From a virus, in the IMG/VR virus record IMGVR_UViG_3300020474_000008, positions 5,603 to 69,602 of that record: DNA of 64,000 bases, one strand, 5' to 3'. The notes under the pieces were generated by a model. It worked only from the letters and a program-made list of their open reading frames with translations, did no database searches and was not told the DNA's origin. Positions 44,598-53,458 of this stretch are shown in pieces; within the stretch, counting starts at the first letter, position 1; each line of letters opens with the position of its first letter. The position numbers were made by a program, and so were the translations under genes.

Positions 44598-47093
44598 TTA
44601 TCCAAAAAATAGTTCTAGGTTTACAACTTTCTCAACATTCCAACCAATGGCATCAAGAATCACTTTGACAGGCTCCAAGAAGGCTTTGTCAAATTGTAGG
44701 TCATAGTCAATGTACTTGTCAACGCCAAGTTCCACTGGGAAATCTGAGATAAAAGAGATGACGTTCTCTCTAATTGGATTTGCTTTTTTCAGGTAGAGAA
44801 ACTTGATCTTCTCCCCATTGTTGATGAGTGAATATTTAGTATCAAGATTCTTCTCCTTTACATAATAGTTGTAAAGGAGAGCACCCCTCACATGGATAGG
44901 TGTTCCCTTACCATAGATTGTAGCATGACTCTTGTGCTTATTCACATCACTCACAGTTCTTGGGAAGGCAATGTCCTCTGGGGGCATCTGCTTAAACTTT
45001 GCCCTAGCATCATCAATGAAGTCAATCACTTCCTCCTCTGTTCCACCCATCATCAGGTTGAGAGCATCCTTAATCATCTTTCTACAAGGCGCAGGGGTGG
45101 ATGACTTAACAGCCTCAATACCCATGATTTTCAGTTTAGGATCTTCATACCTTACACCCTCACTGTCCCAAACATTAAGGATGTATCTTTTCTTTGCTGT
45201 CCAGATGCCCCTGTCTGCGATGTTCTCTCTCTTCATCTGCATCTTTTGGGCGTATGCATTTACATATGTCGACAAGTCTTGGTAACTTTTCTCAATGAAC
45301 GGTTCCAACTTGTCCTGGCAGATCTTATCAAGTATGGTAACAAGTTTAGCCTTGTCACCATTGACATTACTAAAAAATTTATCAACAAGAGGTCCGAAAT
45401 TAATATAGATTGAGTCAGTGTCAGATGCGATAACATAATCTACATCTTTTGTTTGCAACAGATTATTTAGGTATCCATTCATGCGGTTTTCAATCCACCT
45501 GATAGATGTCTGTCCAGACAAGGTGATTGCCTCAGCATTTGCTAGTTTGTAATACCTGAAATACTGATTACCAATAGCACCATAGGCAGAGTTGAGAGAG
45601 ATCTTCTTTGCCATCTGGATGTTATTACACCTAGCAATCTCCTTCTCTAATGTCTTACTAGGGTTCTTTTCATACTCCTGCTTTGCTACAAGCATTCTCT
45701 TCTTGAAGACAACCCTCTCTGCGTACATCTTCTCCATCAGTTCAGGGAGGAATCCCTTCACATCCTTCCTATACATTGCACCATTGGCACAAACTGCATA
45801 GTCCTTATACAACTCAAAACTTATTTCCTCCTTAAGTATTCTATCAACTGTAGCTGAGGGATGCTTTTGTTCAACCAGTGTTTCTGGCGAGATATTGTAC
45901 TGCATAATAAGATGAGGATAGAGACTGTTAAGGTCAAAACTAACAACCCAATCGTACTTTCCTGGTTTTGGTTCTTTGACATATGCACCAGCAAACTTGT
46001 CTGATTTGTCTGATCTGTCCTTAGGAGGGATAACAATATTCCTCCTCTTTAAATAGTTATAAATTATCGTATCCCACATACGAACCTGATACATCACATC
46101 AACATAGTTGACCTTTGCTGTGTATGCCATGGTCATAGCAAGTTCAATCAGTTTCATCTTGTCTTCCAAGCGGTCAACAAGTTCCACGTCAATGATGTTG
46201 TAATCTACAAACTTCTTCCAGTTGCCCTTATAAAAATCTTTGAAGGTATCAAACTCACTATGATCAAGTTTCTTCTGACCCAACTCTACCTGGGCTATGT
46301 AGTCCAGTCTGTAAGACTCCTGAGCTTTGTAAGTGAACTTCTTATAAAGTTCAAGATAGTCCAGTGTCGTAAGTCCAGCAATATCATAAACATTGAATTT
46401 TCTGCCAGAAATGTAAGCTTCATCCTTAGAAACTAGTCCCCAAGGTGACAGAAGTTTCATCTTCTTCTCACCCATAATCCTACTGATTCTTCCACACAGG
46501 TATGGGATATCATACAACCTCACATTCCACCCTGTAATGACATCAGGGGTGTTGTTTGACCACCAGTATAGGAATGCATTAAGCATTGCTACTTCATCTT
46601 GATGGTGGTGATAGGTTACATTCTTCTGTGAGGGAGTATATGGTTTTCTACCCCATGTAATAATCTTCTTTGTAGCATTGTCCTGAATAGAGATAGTCAG
46701 CATCTCCTCAGAGCAAGATTCAGGATCAGGGAATCCTTCTTCTGCCTGAACCTCAATGTCCATTGTTACCAGAGAGATCTTTGAGATATCAAACTTAATC
46801 TCTTCCTCTGGATACTTATCTGAAATATATTGATATACATACCTTTCATTACCATAGATGGGAAAACCATCCACACCATCATACTTCTTATAAAACTCTC
46901 TACAATCCCTAATGGTGCCTGGTTGAATAGGTTCTACATTCTCACCATCAAGTGTCTTCCACTTAGATTCTTTCTTTGACTTTACATACAGAGTTGGTTG
47001 GAATTCTTCCTTATAAATCTTCTTCTCACCATTCTCATAACCACGAACCAGAAAGTTGTTGCCAACCATCTGGATATTTGTGTAGAAATTCAT
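44598..47093 (-). CDS. DNA polymerase family B (T4 gp43)
   Basis: DIE, SFDLNSLYP, KISLNSAYG, SDTDS, KKRY. Confidence 0.98.
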   Translation of the reverse strand: MNFYTNIQMVGNNFLVRGYENGEKKIYKEEFQPTLYVKSKKESKWKTLDGENVEPIQPGTIRDCREFYKKYDGVDGFPIYGNERYVYQYISDKYPEEEIKFDISKISLVTMDIEVQAEEGFPDPESCSEEMLTISIQDNATKKIITWGRKPYTPSQKNVTYHHHQDEVAMLNAFLYWWSNNTPDVITGWNVRLYDIPYLCGRISRIMGEKKMKLLSPWGLVSKDEAYISGRKFNVYDIAGLTTLDYLELYKKFTYKAQESYRLDYIAQVELGQKKLDHSEFDTFKDFYKGNWKKFVDYNIIDVELVDRLEDKMKLIELAMTMAYTAKVNYVDVMYQVRMWDTIIYNYLKRRNIVIPPKDRSDKSDKFAGAYVKEPKPGKYDWVVSFDLNSLYPHLIMQYNISPETLVEQKHPSATVDRILKEEISFELYKDYAVCANGAMYRKDVKGFLPELMEKMYAERVVFKKRMLVAKQEYEKNPSKTLEKEIARCNNIQMAKKISLNSAYGAIGNQYFRYYKLANAEAITLSGQTSIRWIENRMNGYLNNLLQTKDVDYVIASDTDSIYINFGPLVDKFFSNVNGDKAKLVTILDKICQDKLEPFIEKSYQDLSTYVNAYAQKMQMKRENIADRGIWTAKKRYILNVWDSEGVRYEDPKLKIMGIEAVKSSTPAPCRKMIKDALNLMMGGTEEEVIDFIDDARAKFKQMPPEDIAFPRTVSDVNKHKSHATIYGKGTPIHVRGALLYNYYVKEKNLDTKYSLINNGEKIKFLYLKKANPIRENVISFISDFPVELGVDKYIDYDLQFDKAFLEPVKVILDAIGWNVEKVVNLELFFG

Positions 47094-47344
47094 TCCTTCA
47101 CCAAGTCTTCGTACCTCTCTCTTAGTTTACTATTAGGTTCAGCAATAGTCAAGATCTTGTCTGAGTGGATCATGAAGGTGTTCTGCCTGGTCACATTGAC
47201 CAACCAGGGAGACATGGTGTCCTGCTCTCCTAGGACCATGGGTTCAGTCAGTTTGCAGTCAGGGGCACCCAGTTCACCTGATACCTCCTCAATCTGTGTA
47301 ATCAACATAAACTTTTCAAGAACCAATACTTTAAGATTTTCCAT
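47090..47344 (-). CDS. hypothetical protein
   Basis: AGGAG SD before MENLKVL. Confidence 0.7.
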   Translation of the reverse strand: MENLKVLVLEKFMLITQIEEVSGELGAPDCKLTEPMVLGEQDTMSPWLVNVTRQNTFMIHSDKILTIAEPNSKLRERYEDLVKE

Positions 47345-47354
47345 AATAACTCCT

Positions 47355-47426
47355 AAAAAAAATAGGGGACTTCTGGATTTTGCCAGAGTCCCCACATTGC
47401 AGCGACGATATTCAGTTATATTTATC
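47355..47426 (-). ncRNA. candidate small RNA / terminator unit
   Basis: GATAAATA, short leader, GGGGACTCTGG/CCAGAAGTCCCC hairpin, T tract. Confidence 0.45.
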
Positions 47427-47544
47427 CCTCCTGTACTGGTGGGTTTACCCAATGATTAATATAGGCAATTGATACAACAGGAACTAGAATGATTGCCCAT
47501 GCATATACAAATGCAATGGCAGATGATTTAAGATCTTCAATCAT
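47422..47544 (-). CDS. 40-aa single-TM peptide
   Basis: MIEDLKSSAIAFVYAWAIILVPVVSIAYINHWVNPPVQEG; ATGA-coupled. Confidence 0.5.
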   Translation of the reverse strand: MIEDLKSSAIAFVYAWAIILVPVVSIAYINHWVNPPVQEG

Positions 47545-47624
47545 GATTTGGGGGTTAAAGACCATGCCCCAAATGCTGCACCTGCACAGGTGCCAAGAAT
47601 TGCTGCTAGTGCGAGAATTTCCAT
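47541..47624 (-). CDS. 27-aa single-TM peptide
   Basis: MEILALAAILGTCAGAAFGAWSLTPKS; behind TATAAATA at 47649-47656. Confidence 0.5.
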   Translation of the reverse strand: MEILALAAILGTCAGAAFGAWSLTPKS

Positions 47625-47674
47625 GTTATGGTGTAGTGAATGAGTAGGTATTTATACTGGGAGTTACATGCAGT

Positions 47675-47758
47675 CTATGTAAATATACCTTGAAAGAACC
47701 CACCCATAAAAAGAGTGATGATGGTTCCTATGGCAAAGGTAGTTGATGTAAGATTCAT
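47675..47758 (-). CDS. 27-aa single-TM peptide
   Basis: MNLTSTTFAIGTIITLFMGGFFQGIFT; behind TCTAAATA. Confidence 0.45.
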   Translation of the reverse strand: MNLTSTTFAIGTIITLFMGGFFQGIFT

Positions 47759-47789
47759 GAACTTCTAGATATGTACAAAAATATTTAGA

Positions 47790-47816
47790 AAAAGTGTATC
47801 ATAGTGATACACTTTT
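47790..47816. terminator. perfect 12-bp inverted repeat after hsp20 (terminator or operator)
   Basis: AAAAGTGTATCA-TAG-TGATACACTTTT. Confidence 0.55.
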
Positions 47817-47836
47817 AGTATCATCCACTGCAAAAA

Positions 47837-48286
47837 TCAGTCAGCACTCCCTAACCAATTCTTTCTCTTGTGGTGTTTTGGTACAATCTTACCCAGTTGG
47901 ACTGTCAGAAGCCCATCCTCAAAAGTAACTGATCTAACTTCCGTGTCGTCTGAGATTGTCCAACTACGATTAAAGTTGCGTTGAGCCAGACCCTGGTGCA
48001 GGAAGTTAGTTTCATCTTCTTTCTTCTTATCTTCCTTCGTGCCCTCAATAAAGAGCTTACCATATTCTGTGTAGACATTAACTTCATCCTTCTTAAAACC
48101 AGCAAGTGCTACTTCAAGTCTGGATTCAGTATTACTCAGTTGAACAAGATTGTATGGAGGATAGTTTGACTCTGCTTGTGCTTTAAACAGTCTGTCAAAA
48201 TATTCATCCATCCCAATACTATTACGATTGATCCTGTCCATTAACTGGTCCAGGTTCGCAGCGTTGTACTTCATGAGGTTACCCAT
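47837..48286 (-). CDS. hsp20: small heat-shock protein Hsp20
   Basis: NYPPYN, ALAGF, GLAQRNF, FEDGLL. Confidence 0.95.
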   Translation of the reverse strand: MGNLMKYNAANLDQLMDRINRNSIGMDEYFDRLFKAQAESNYPPYNLVQLSNTESRLEVALAGFKKDEVNVYTEYGKLFIEGTKEDKKKEDETNFLHQGLAQRNFNRSWTISDDTEVRSVTFEDGLLTVQLGKIVPKHHKRKNWLGSAD

Positions 48287-48297
48287 TGAAAAACTCC

Positions 48298-48365
48298 TTT
48301 TCTAGCAAGTTTAGTTGTGTGGACCCCTAAGGCATCCAATACTAATTATAACACTTGCTAGAAAA
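48298..48365 (-). promoter_or_regulatory. hsp20 leader: 13-bp inverted repeat enclosing a late-type promoter
   Basis: TTTTCTAGCAAGT...TATAATTA...ACTTGCTAGAAAA-GGAG. Confidence 0.55.
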
Positions 48366-48380
48366 AATGGGGTGAGGATA

Positions 48381-48818
48381 TTACGCCTCTTCTGTTTGCT
48401 TACCTTTCTTTCCAATATTATACTTCTGCTCAAGAGACCACTCATGCTTGTCCCTATAAGGAAGGACCTTAATTTGATTGAGTGGAGCAATATCCATGAT
48501 TGAATCTTCCTTGACTACTGATATGAGACCCCAATCAGCAAGCAAGCGAGTAATACGATTCCTACGCTGAACATCGTTAACAGTAATGTTAGCGTACTTC
48601 CCATCAAGAGCAAAGAGCTCCTTAAAATGCACTATGTAATATTTACCCTGCTTATGCAGGATATGACATGATTGGTAAAGTTTCTTTTCTTTTCTAGAAG
48701 CTACACCAATTCTTGTGAGTGTTTCTCTTACTTTGAGGAAGTCATCAGGTTCATTAAGAACAATCTCAATCATCTTATCTTGTGACCAATGAACCTGAGG
48801 TTCTTGTGTTTGAGTCAT
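48381..48818 (-). CDS. regA: translational repressor RegA
   Basis: DFLKVRETLTRIG, LYQSCHILHKQG.YYIVHFKE. Confidence 0.96.
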   Translation of the reverse strand: MTQTQEPQVHWSQDKMIEIVLNEPDDFLKVRETLTRIGVASRKEKKLYQSCHILHKQGKYYIVHFKELFALDGKYANITVNDVQRRNRITRLLADWGLISVVKEDSIMDIAPLNQIKVLPYRDKHEWSLEQKYNIGKKGKQTEEA

Positions 48819-49195
48819 CTTTTACCACCAGTGTCAAGTTTTTGTTTAATGTAGTCCAATTGTTCTTTTGATAAGATTTTCAGTGCTTGAGATGCTTTCT
48901 CATTATTATAACCATAATAAGATTTTACAAACTCTAGATCTGAGACCTTTTCTTTGCGGACCCAAGGAGAGAATCTCTTCCTCTTTCTCAATATATTTAG
49001 ATAAAAATTATATTGCATATCTTTATCTAAAAAATGATACTTATTCATTTCATTGGCAAACAACACACAATCCAAGTGACCTGAAAGACACTTGTTGATA
49101 ATGAATGGTGGGTACTCTTTAACGATATGGGAGCTTTCTTTAATAAGGTTTTCCTTATTAAAGTTTATAGAGTTAAGCCAATCCTTGAGTTCCAT
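48815..49195 (-). CDS. clamp loader small subunit (T4 gp62)
   Basis: YPPFIIN..LS, ANEMN, KRKRF, YYGYN. Confidence 0.9.
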   Translation of the reverse strand: MELKDWLNSINFNKENLIKESSHIVKEYPPFIINKCLSGHLDCVLFANEMNKYHFLDKDMQYNFYLNILRKRKRFSPWVRKEKVSDLEFVKSYYGYNNEKASQALKILSKEQLDYIKQKLDTGGKR

Positions 49196-50024
49196 AATTA
49201 AAAAGTAGTAGTTCTTTTCTTTCTTTCTGTTCACGCATGTAAGTGCCAACTGATCTCAATGTATATGTGTGATCAAACTCAGCAGTTTTCCACCCCTCAT
49301 TGAACCTATACTTTACAAGGGCATCAGAGTTGTATGATATAAGCATATTCATGCTGCAATCAGAACAGTCACGTGCAAATTTGTCATGATCAAATCCTTT
49401 ATGCATTCTACCCTTCTTACCATAAAGACTGTCTTTGATGTCATATGGTGGATCAAGATAGATGAATGCTTTCCTTTCAGATGACTCATCTAGAAGTTCA
49501 TCATAGGATAGATTTGTAATCTGCCATCCAGCAATAATCTTTTGGAACTCTGGCAGTCTTTCAATACCTCTGATAGAGAAGTTGTTCTCTGATGCCATCT
49601 TAGAGAAAGATGATGACTCTGTGAGACCAGAGAAGGAACACTTGTTTACAATATAGAAGGCACATGCCTTGGCAAAGTCACCCACACTATCATCACTTAG
49701 ATGACCCTTGGATGAATTGAAAAGCAATTTACACTTATCTGGTGTGTTATGAAATCTTTTAAGTGAACCTAAGAACTCTGCCATCTCAGAACCCCTCTCC
49801 TGCAATTGCTGCCAGAAAGTTACGAGTGGGGTGTACAGATCATTAACCCAGACATCAATGGATGGATACATTTTGGAAACCTGGATTGCCACTGAGGCAC
49901 CACCAAGAAAAGGTTCACGGTACTCACGGTAAGATGATAGATCAGGAATGTGTGGAACAATCTTCGTAAGAGCACGTGATTTGCCACCTGGATACCTCAG
50001 AGGTGTTTTCAAAGATTTCATCAT
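49173..50024 (-). CDS. dam: DNA adenine methyltransferase (Dam/D12 class)
   Basis: LRYPGGKS, EPFLGGAS, YLDPPY, ISYN. Confidence 0.92.
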   Translation of the reverse strand: MMKSLKTPLRYPGGKSRALTKIVPHIPDLSSYREYREPFLGGASVAIQVSKMYPSIDVWVNDLYTPLVTFWQQLQERGSEMAEFLGSLKRFHNTPDKCKLLFNSSKGHLSDDSVGDFAKACAFYIVNKCSFSGLTESSSFSKMASENNFSIRGIERLPEFQKIIAGWQITNLSYDELLDESSERKAFIYLDPPYDIKDSLYGKKGRMHKGFDHDKFARDCSDCSMNMLISYNSDALVKYRFNEGWKTAEFDHTYTLRSVGTYMREQKERKELLLFNYGTQGLA

Positions 50025-50037
50025 AATAATTTAGCGT

Positions 50038-50340
50038 TTAGTGAATGTGTAACTCAAATGTTGGTTCTGAGTAATTCCAATTTTTATTTTTATCTCGCAG
50101 TGGTACAATATGATACTTATCACGTGGACCAACTGGATGCATCCACTTTTTACCATGATGTCCTTCACCTGGACCACCATGAGTGTGTCTATGGATGTGG
50201 CAATAACCCTTTTTAGTATGGCAATGATAATGCCTATGAGAAGGATAGTTCCAATGATGATGGTGGTGGTATGACTTATGTGCTAAGGCAGGACCACCTG
50301 CAAGTAACATAGCACTTGCAAATAAGAATGGTAAATTCAT
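50038..50340 (-). CDS. secreted His-rich protein
   Basis: Signal peptide ending ALA; 20 His residues. Confidence 0.7.
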   Translation of the reverse strand: MNLPFLFASAMLLAGGPALAHKSYHHHHHWNYPSHRHYHCHTKKGYCHIHRHTHGGPGEGHHGKKWMHPVGPRDKYHIVPLRDKNKNWNYSEPTFELHIH

Positions 50341-50498
50341 TGTTCCTCAGTGTAGGTAATTGTGTACTGATACTTAACTTCACCCTTTGAATTGACAATT
50401 GTTTTGTGTTGGAGAATTCCATCACCTAACAACTTGCATACATTATCTAGCTGCATTCTGGTAAAAATTTTTCTTTCTTCATCTGTAATCTTACTCAT
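50337..50498 (-). CDS. hypothetical protein (53 aa, not in ORF track)
   Basis: MSKITDEERKIF...; ATGA-coupled on both sides. Confidence 0.55.
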   Translation of the reverse strand: MSKITDEERKIFTRMQLDNVCKLLGDGILQHKTIVNSKGEVKYQYTITYTEEQ

Positions 50499-51436
50499 AG
50501 ACACTCCACCATAATTTCAGTGAGACAAGCAAGCATGTTTATTTCTTGGTCTGCGACAAAACTGCTTTGATACTGATACTTAGCAATGATGAGCACAGCA
50601 GCAGCAATAGCAGAACCTTCAAGGGATGAATAGCAAGCATCGTAAATACTGCGAAGAAGGACAGTAGGATCATTGTCCAGATTATCAACGACCCATTTAC
50701 GTACTTTCGTAAAATCTTTTTCTTTGAGGTGTTTAAAGAGATCATCAGTCTTTACATTAGAAAAGTTTGCAAGTATACCTGAGTCAATGCTGCCACCAGA
50801 GGCATACCTTTGACATTCATTCAGCACTCTACGCCAATCAGGGAAGTGCTTGTTAATTAGTTCTGCAAGAACTCTTGGGTCATATCCAATACTTTCCTGA
50901 TCCAGGATTTCTTGGAGTCTTTTGAAGAACTGTCCTGCAAGGAGTTGTCGTTCTTTTCCTTTGAGGGAGAAGTCAATGACTGAGCACCTGCTGTGAAGGG
51001 GTTGGATGATTTTGTTTTTGTAGTTGCAGGTGAAGATGAACCTGCAGTTTCCAATAAACTCCTCTGTAAACGCCCTAAGGCAGAGTTGTACATCTGGGGT
51101 GGTGTTGTCAGCCTCATCAATGATGATGACTTTGTGTTTTGCTGAAGAAGATAACGATACAGTTGAAGCGAAGTTCTTGGCATTGTTACGTACAGTGTCT
51201 AGGAATCTACCCTCATCAGAACCATTGATGACATAATAATCAGCACCCAGTTCCTCACACAATGCTTTGGCAACTGTGGTCTTACCACATCCTGGTGGTC
51301 CTGAGAGGAGGAGGTTAGGAACCTCTCCTTTATCTAGGAAATCAAGGAAAGTTTTCTTGGTATTGTCAGGAAGAATACACTCTTCAATCTTCTTGGGGCG
51401 ATACTTCTCAACCCAAATAAATTCACTACGACTCAT
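50495..51436 (-). CDS. clamp loader large subunit (T4 gp44)
   Basis: WVEKYRP, GPPGCGKT, DEAD, SRC. Confidence 0.96.
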   Translation of the reverse strand: MSRSEFIWVEKYRPKKIEECILPDNTKKTFLDFLDKGEVPNLLLSGPPGCGKTTVAKALCEELGADYYVINGSDEGRFLDTVRNNAKNFASTVSLSSSAKHKVIIIDEADNTTPDVQLCLRAFTEEFIGNCRFIFTCNYKNKIIQPLHSRCSVIDFSLKGKERQLLAGQFFKRLQEILDQESIGYDPRVLAELINKHFPDWRRVLNECQRYASGGSIDSGILANFSNVKTDDLFKHLKEKDFTKVRKWVVDNLDNDPTVLLRSIYDACYSSLEGSAIAAAVLIIAKYQYQSSFVADQEINMLACLTEIMVECL

Positions 51437-51438
51437 AA

Positions 51439-51966
51439 TCAAATCCAATCAGGTTTACGGTGTGGAAGTTTAATATAATTATCACACACCCATGGTTTAG
51501 AAGCAATATAGCGCTTGTACTTTGTGTAGATGTCAATTGTTGTATCTTGCTTGAACTCATCAGGTCCAGCAAATACAAAAGGTGTTGGACCCTTGCCACT
51601 ACGACCTTGTGGATCAGAAGTAGGAAGGATCTTCTTTGCTGCTAAGAGACTAGCATGGCAAGTATGAACCTTTCCATATCTAGCAGTATATTCACCACAC
51701 AAGGCAAGACCATGTGCTAACAACCACTGCCAGTTGTTCACATAGGAGTTTGCCCATATGGTGCAGGGATGGTTCCTGAAAGCACCTGTGGTGGTCTTGT
51801 AGGGTTGTCCATCTGCCCTAGGGATGGTTCCAAACCCATGCCCCCACTTGTCAGAACAGACAATGGAGAGCATCTGACAGGTCTCTAAGGGCATCTTGAC
51901 AATGTGCTTGTCTGGAAGAGATCTGGCAGACTCCCAAGGACTGGGAGAGGTCACAAAGATATTCAT
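51439..51966 (-). CDS. pyrimidine-dimer DNA glycosylase/DenV-related protein
   Basis: MNIF, DKHIVKMPLETCQML, NHPCTIW. Confidence 0.7.
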   Translation of the reverse strand: MNIFVTSPSPWESARSLPDKHIVKMPLETCQMLSIVCSDKWGHGFGTIPRADGQPYKTTTGAFRNHPCTIWANSYVNNWQWLLAHGLALCGEYTARYGKVHTCHASLLAAKKILPTSDPQGRSGKGPTPFVFAGPDEFKQDTTIDIYTKYKRYIASKPWVCDNYIKLPHRKPDWI

Positions 51967-52211
51967 AATAATTTACTACCACCAATGATAAGTAGGAATG
52001 TAAGCATTATAACCACATCCCAGGATTTTGTCCTAATGAAATATGGAACAGAGATTAAATCTGCTATAAAATGCAGACACACACCTACTGTAACATTCAC
52101 ATGTAGCACAATGAAATAGGCAGTAATGACACCAATACTGCCTACTATTCTAAGGGGTATATCAACCGAAGGTTGAGTCAGGTTCAAGTGCGATGAAGTA
52201 TGTGACATCAA
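51963..52211 (-). CDS. small membrane protein
   Basis: Hydrophobic ORF; start uncertain. Confidence 0.5.
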   Translation of the reverse strand: MMSHTSSHLNLTQPSVDIPLRIVGSIGVITAYFIVLHVNVTVGVCLHFIADLISVPYFIRTKSWDVVIMLTFLLIIGGSKLL

Positions 52212-52845
52212 TATTCTGATTGGTGAATCTAGACAGGAGTTTGGAGGAGACCACTACATCATAGGATCCAGGAACAATCTTCAAATTCTCTTCCTTGAAA
52301 TTGAATGTGAACTCAGCATCAGTCTCACCAACCACGATTGAGAAATCATTGGATGTATCATTCTTTTTATCACGTGCTACAAGTTTAATTACACCTGCTT
52401 CACCAATAGCAGATACATCAGGAAGTTGATAGATAGATGCTGCTTTTTTGAGTTTTTCAAGTTGTTGACTTGTCAGTTCAAAACAAACATCCTCAGTGGG
52501 GAGAGAGATCTCTTTCTCAGGAGGAGCAACAATGACTGTAGGGTCAGCAAAGAAATACTTGGATCGCATCTTGCCTTCCCTAATCATCACATAATCATCA
52601 CTCTTAAAGTCCAGTTCAGGACTTGCATGAAGAGACAGACCATTAAGGAACTGGTTCAGGTCATAGATACCAAAGTCCTTTGGAAAGGACTCCTCAACTG
52701 TTGCCTCTGCCAGGATGTTCTTCATCACTGAAATAGAACGCAGTTTGCTACCCTCTTTGAATAGAATGGACTGATTGATGGAAGAGAAGTTTTTAAGGAG
52801 GTTTACAGTTGTTTCAGAAAGTTTCATATGGTTGCGTAGTTTCAT
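52162..52845 (-). CDS. sliding clamp (T4 gp45)
   Basis: LKNFSSINQSI, FGIYDLNQFL, YFIALE. Confidence 0.95.
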   Translation of the reverse strand: MKLRNHMKLSETTVNLLKNFSSINQSILFKEGSKLRSISVMKNILAEATVEESFPKDFGIYDLNQFLNGLSLHASPELDFKSDDYVMIREGKMRSKYFFADPTVIVAPPEKEISLPTEDVCFELTSQQLEKLKKAASIYQLPDVSAIGEAGVIKLVARDKKNDTSNDFSIVVGETDAEFTFNFKEENLKIVPGSYDVVVSSKLLSRFTNQNIDVTYFIALEPDSTFG

Positions 52846-52847
52846 TA

Positions 52848-53450
52848 TCAAAATGGATAGTCAGAGACCTTGTAGTGGTCATCAAAGTGTAGTAGAAGCA
52901 TAGCATAGTGAATTACTTTCAGCAAATCAACTTTACTCTTACCATCCTTGGCACCATAACGACTGCCATATTTGAGGATGTTTGACTGACAGAAAGCAGA
53001 TGCTAGTCCCTTTGCTGCCATCAAATCAATAGTTTGAATATCCTTGAACCCATTAGCAGTTCCAGTGTAGTGACTGCGATAGGTGCCACCAACATAGTCA
53101 GTGATGTCTTTGATGATTACATCTTCATGATACTTCCAACGACCATTGTTATTATCAGTTGAAGGAAGATCAGGAATAGGAGTGTAATCAGGAGTGTAAT
53201 CAAAGGAGATTGTATCCTGACCACTACCACCAATAATTACTGGTTCAGCACCAAGATTAATAGAGTCAGGACTTGCATAAGGATTGCCAGTCAAACTAAT
53301 GCCATCCATTTCCCAAAAATCATTGTAGTCTTCTTGTGTGGCACTTGTAATTCCAAGAGATGTTCTCCCTGGATCATTACGATCATATTCATAATAATAC
53401 TTTGAGTGTTCAGTCATAGTATCGTAAAGTAAACTCCAAGCGTTTGTCAT
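52848..53450 (-). CDS. hypothetical protein with DUF3310-like C-terminal domain
   Basis: HY, QTID, F...NILKY..RYG.K.G, DLLK..HY. Confidence 0.7.
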   Translation of the reverse strand: MTNAWSLLYDTMTEHSKYYYEYDRNDPGRTSLGITSATQEDYNDFWEMDGISLTGNPYASPDSINLGAEPVIIGGSGQDTISFDYTPDYTPIPDLPSTDNNNGRWKYHEDVIIKDITDYVGGTYRSHYTGTANGFKDIQTIDLMAAKGLASAFCQSNILKYGSRYGAKDGKSKVDLLKVIHYAMLLLHFDDHYKVSDYPF

Positions 53451-53458
53451 TAATTATA

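Noticed and set aside
27765-47093. Introns or inteins in nrdA, nrdB, g41, uvsX or g43
   Set aside because: All are uninterrupted and of ordinary length
47795-47811. TGTATCATAGTGATACA as an NtcA site
   Set aside because: The spacer is N9, not N8; treated as a palindrome or terminator instead
53179-53202. 12-bp tandem duplication GGAGTGTAATCA
   Set aside because: In-frame DYTP-DYTP duplication in a low-complexity linker; not an array
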